From Candidatus Saccharimonadota bacterium (GTDB lineage: Bacteria > Pseudomonadota > Gammaproteobacteria > Enterobacterales > Enterobacteriaceae_A): a stretch of DNA of 32,000 nucleotides. The stretch is taken from positions 1 to 32,000 of the forward strand of contig CP116499.1 of the NCBI GenBank assembly GCA_030849405.1, read 5' to 3'. A model generated the notes under the pieces. That model was not told where the DNA came from. It ran no database searches and saw nothing but the letters and a program-made list of their open reading frames with translations. Below, piece after piece: positions 29,883 through 32,000 of the stretch (positions are counted from its first letter, which is position 1; each line of letters opens with the position of its first letter). A program made the translations under genes and the position numbers.

Positions 29883-30602
29883 ATGTATAATATAATATAT
29901 TTTAAATTAATATATTTTATTTTTAAATATATAATTAAGGTTTTTATAATTAAAACATTATTTTTAAAATTTGAATCTAAAATTAAACGTGTTAAAAAAG
30001 CAATAAAATCATTAAAAAAAAAAAAGGGTATAATTTTAATTGATGATAAAAATAGAGAAAATGAAGGTGATATTATTTTTGCTGCTGAAAATATGACAAT
30101 ACCACAAATGGCTTTAACTATTAGAAATGGTAGTGGAATTGTTTGTTTATGTATAACTGAAAAATTAAGAAAAAAACTTTTTTTACCTATGATGGTTATT
30201 AAAAATTCAAGTAAATTTCAAACTCCTTTTACTATAAGTATTGAATCAAAAAAAAATGTTACTACTGGTGTATCAGCACATGATCGAATTAATACAATTC
30301 GTACAATTGTATATAATAATAAAAAAAAATTTTGTTTTAATATGCCAGGGCATATTTTCCCTTTATGTGCACATCCTGGAGGATTATTAATTAGACGTGG
30401 TCATACTGAAGCAACAATAAATTTATTACATTTATCTGGTTTTAAAAAAATTGGAGTATTATGTGAATTAACAAATAAAAACGGAAGTATGTCAAAAATA
30501 AATGAAATTATTAATTTTTCTATTAAAAAAAAAATACCTATATTAACTATAGAGGATATTATTATTTATATGCATTATAAAAAAATATTTAAAAAAATTT
30601 AA
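29883..30602 (+). CDS. ribB: 3,4-dihydroxy-2-butanone 4-phosphate synthase. The start is uncertain and may be ATA/ATT at 29946/29949.
   Basis: Motifs DDKNRENEGDIIF, GSGIVCLCI, TTGVSAHDR and RRGHTEATINL are present. With the ATG at 29883 the protein carries 22 extra hydrophobic residues relative to E. coli RibB. An AAGG SD at 29937-29940 precedes ATA/ATT codons that would restore colinearity. Confidence 0.88.
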   Translation: MYNIIYFKLIYFIFKYIIKVFIIKTLFLKFESKIKRVKKAIKSLKKKKGIILIDDKNRENEGDIIFAAENMTIPQMALTIRNGSGIVCLCITEKLRKKLFLPMMVIKNSSKFQTPFTISIESKKNVTTGVSAHDRINTIRTIVYNNKKKFCFNMPGHIFPLCAHPGGLLIRRGHTEATINLLHLSGFKKIGVLCELTNKNGSMSKINEIINFSIKKKIPILTIEDIIIYMHYKKIFKKI

Positions 30603-30671
30603 TAAAAATATTATTTTAAATAATTTAATATAATAAAAATAATATTAATTTATTATTATAAATTTGTTAAT

Positions 30672-31112
30672 ATGTTATTAAAATTAATTTATTATCCTAA
30701 TAAAACATTAAGAAAAAAATCAAAAAAAGTAAATAAAATAAATTTTAAAATTAAAAATATTGTATATAATATGTTTAAACTTATGTATAAAAAACAAGGT
30801 ATAGGTTTATCTGCAATACAAGTAGGTATTAATAAAAAAATATTTATCATTGATATTTCTAAAAAAAATAATAAAAAATTAGTTTTTATAAATCCAAAAA
30901 TTTTAAAACAAAATGGTAAAATATTTTACAATGAAGGTTGTTTGTCTATACCTAATTTTTTTGGTATTACTAAAAGATATTTAAATATTAAAATTATGGC
31001 ATTAAATTTAAACAATAATATATTTATATCTAAATTTACTAATCTTAAATCAGTATGTATACAACATGAAATAGATCATTTAAATGGTAAATTATTTATT
31101 GATTTTTTATAA
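30672..31112 (+). CDS. def: Peptide deformylase, lacking the C-terminal helix (146 aa)
   Basis: All three Def motifs are present: GIGLSAIQVG, EGCLSIP and QHEIDHLNG. The ORF ends about 9 residues after motif 3. Confidence 0.93.
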   Translation: MLLKLIYYPNKTLRKKSKKVNKINFKIKNIVYNMFKLMYKKQGIGLSAIQVGINKKIFIIDISKKNNKKLVFINPKILKQNGKIFYNEGCLSIPNFFGITKRYLNIKIMALNLNNNIFISKFTNLKSVCIQHEIDHLNGKLFIDFL

Positions 31113-31115
31113 TAA

Positions 31116-32000
31116 TTAAAACTCTATTGAATTTGGTGTTCTTGGAAAAGGTATAACATCTCTAATATTTTTTAATCCAGTTATATAACTTAAAATACGT
31201 TCAAAACCTAAACCAAAACCAGCATGGGGTATTGAACCATATTTTCTAATATCTCTATACCACCAATATTTTTTTTTTGATAATTTTGATTCTTTTATTC
31301 TTTTATCTAATATATTTAATTTATCTTCACGTTGCGATCCACCAATTATTTCACCAATACCAGGTACTAAAATATCCATATTAGATACAGTTTTACAATC
31401 TTTATTAATTTTCATATAAAATGATTTAATATATTTAGGATAATTTTTAATTATTATTGGTTTTTTAAAATATATATCAGTTAAATAACGTTCATGTTCA
31501 GAAAATATATCTAAACCCCATTTTATTGGAAATTTAAAATTAATATTTGATTTTAATAAAATTTTAATAGCTTCACTATAATCAATTTGTTCAAATTTAT
31601 AATATATAAAATTAATTAAATGATTAATATTTTTTTTATTAATTTTATTATTTAAAAAAAATAAATCTTCATATCTAGTATTTAAAATTTTTTTAAAAAT
31701 ATATTTTAACATATTTTCAGAAAGATTTATTATATCTTTTAATGTGGCAAATGCAATTTCAGGTTCAATCATCCAAAATTCAGATAAATGTCTACTTGTA
31801 TTTGAATTTTCAGCACGAAAAGTTGGTCCAAAAGTATAAATTTTAGAACAAGAGCATGCATAAGTTTCAGCTGTTAATTGTCCAGATACTGTTAAAAATG
31901 TTTTTTTACCAAAAAAATCTTTTTTATAATTAATTTTACTATTATTATATGGAATTTTTTTAAAATTAAAAGTTGAAACTTTAAACATATTACTATAACC
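31116..32000 (-). CDS. asnS: Asparagine--tRNA ligase, C-terminal ~294 codons; the 5' part lies beyond the window end
   Basis: Class II motifs are FRAENSNTSRHLSEFWMIEPE (motif 2) and GFGLGFERIL (motif 3), with the terminal FPRTPNSIEF. The frame stays open from 31988 to the window edge, so the tracked Met is internal. Confidence 0.92.
   Translation of the reverse strand, partial: GYSNMFKVSTFNFKKIPYNNSKINYKKDFFGKKTFLTVSGQLTAETYACSCSKIYTFGPTFRAENSNTSRHLSEFWMIEPEIAFATLKDIINLSENMLKYIFKKILNTRYEDLFFLNNKINKKNINHLINFIYYKFEQIDYSEAIKILLKSNINFKFPIKWGLDIFSEHERYLTDIYFKKPIIIKNYPKYIKSFYMKINKDCKTVSNMDILVPGIGEIIGGSQREDKLNILDKRIKESKLSKKKYWWYRDIRKYGSIPHAGFGLGFERILSYITGLKNIRDVIPFPRTPNSIEF

Noticed and set aside
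29883-29945. The hydrophobic N-terminal extension of RibB as a signal peptide or membrane anchor
   Set aside because: RibB is cytosolic. The extension has no SD at its ATG, is built from the commonest AT-rich codons, and an SD plus a near-cognate start downstream restores the canonical length.
29830-29960. Possible FMN riboswitch (RFN element) upstream of ribB
   Set aside because: ribB carries an FMN riboswitch in E. coli, but this leader is almost pure A/T. It lacks the G/C-rich conserved helices an RFN element needs. The same holds upstream of ribD (18174-18208, only 35 nt).

Overview
The window is extremely A+T-rich: by eye G+C is well under 20%, and intergenic DNA is almost free of G and C. 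It looks like a gene-dense, syntenic piece of a highly reduced gammaproteobacterial (Enterobacterales-like) obligate endosymbiont genome; I cannot name the organism from sequence alone. I can support 33 protein genes, all housekeeping. They cover replication (dnaX, holB), translation (infB, rbfA, rpsO, rpmF, rpmB, rpmG, rpmH, valS, asnS, def, obg), RNA metabolism and modification (pnp, rnpA, rluC, mnmE, mnmG, greA), chaperones and stress (groES, groEL, grpE, cspC, ahpC), membrane insertion (secG, yidC), riboflavin synthesis (ribD, ribH, ribB) and a few metabolic genes (rpe, fabV, erpA, ndh). There are also 5 tRNA genes (Asp-GUC, Gly-GCC, Val-UAC, Ser-GCU, Arg-ACG). Three ribosomal protein genes (rpmF, rpmG, rpmH) are too short for the supplied ORF track and were found by hand translation. 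I see no mobile elements, CRISPR, prophage, toxin or defence-like genes, and no orphan ORFs. Every long ORF is either a recognisable core gene or an antisense artefact of AT-rich DNA. I therefore find no evidence of a previously undescribed system here. The points worth a second look are signatures of extreme genome reduction. They include very long in-frame poly(A) tracts in essential genes, a stop-free low-complexity tail on DnaX, and conserved partners deleted from classic operons (nusA, truB, nusB, yidD, fmt). Others are a truncated S15, exclusive TAA stops, tRNA genes without encoded CCA, a perfect consensus promoter before tRNA-Val/cspC, retention of fabV, and both classical origin-flanking loci (mnmG, rpmH) present without dnaA or DnaA boxes.
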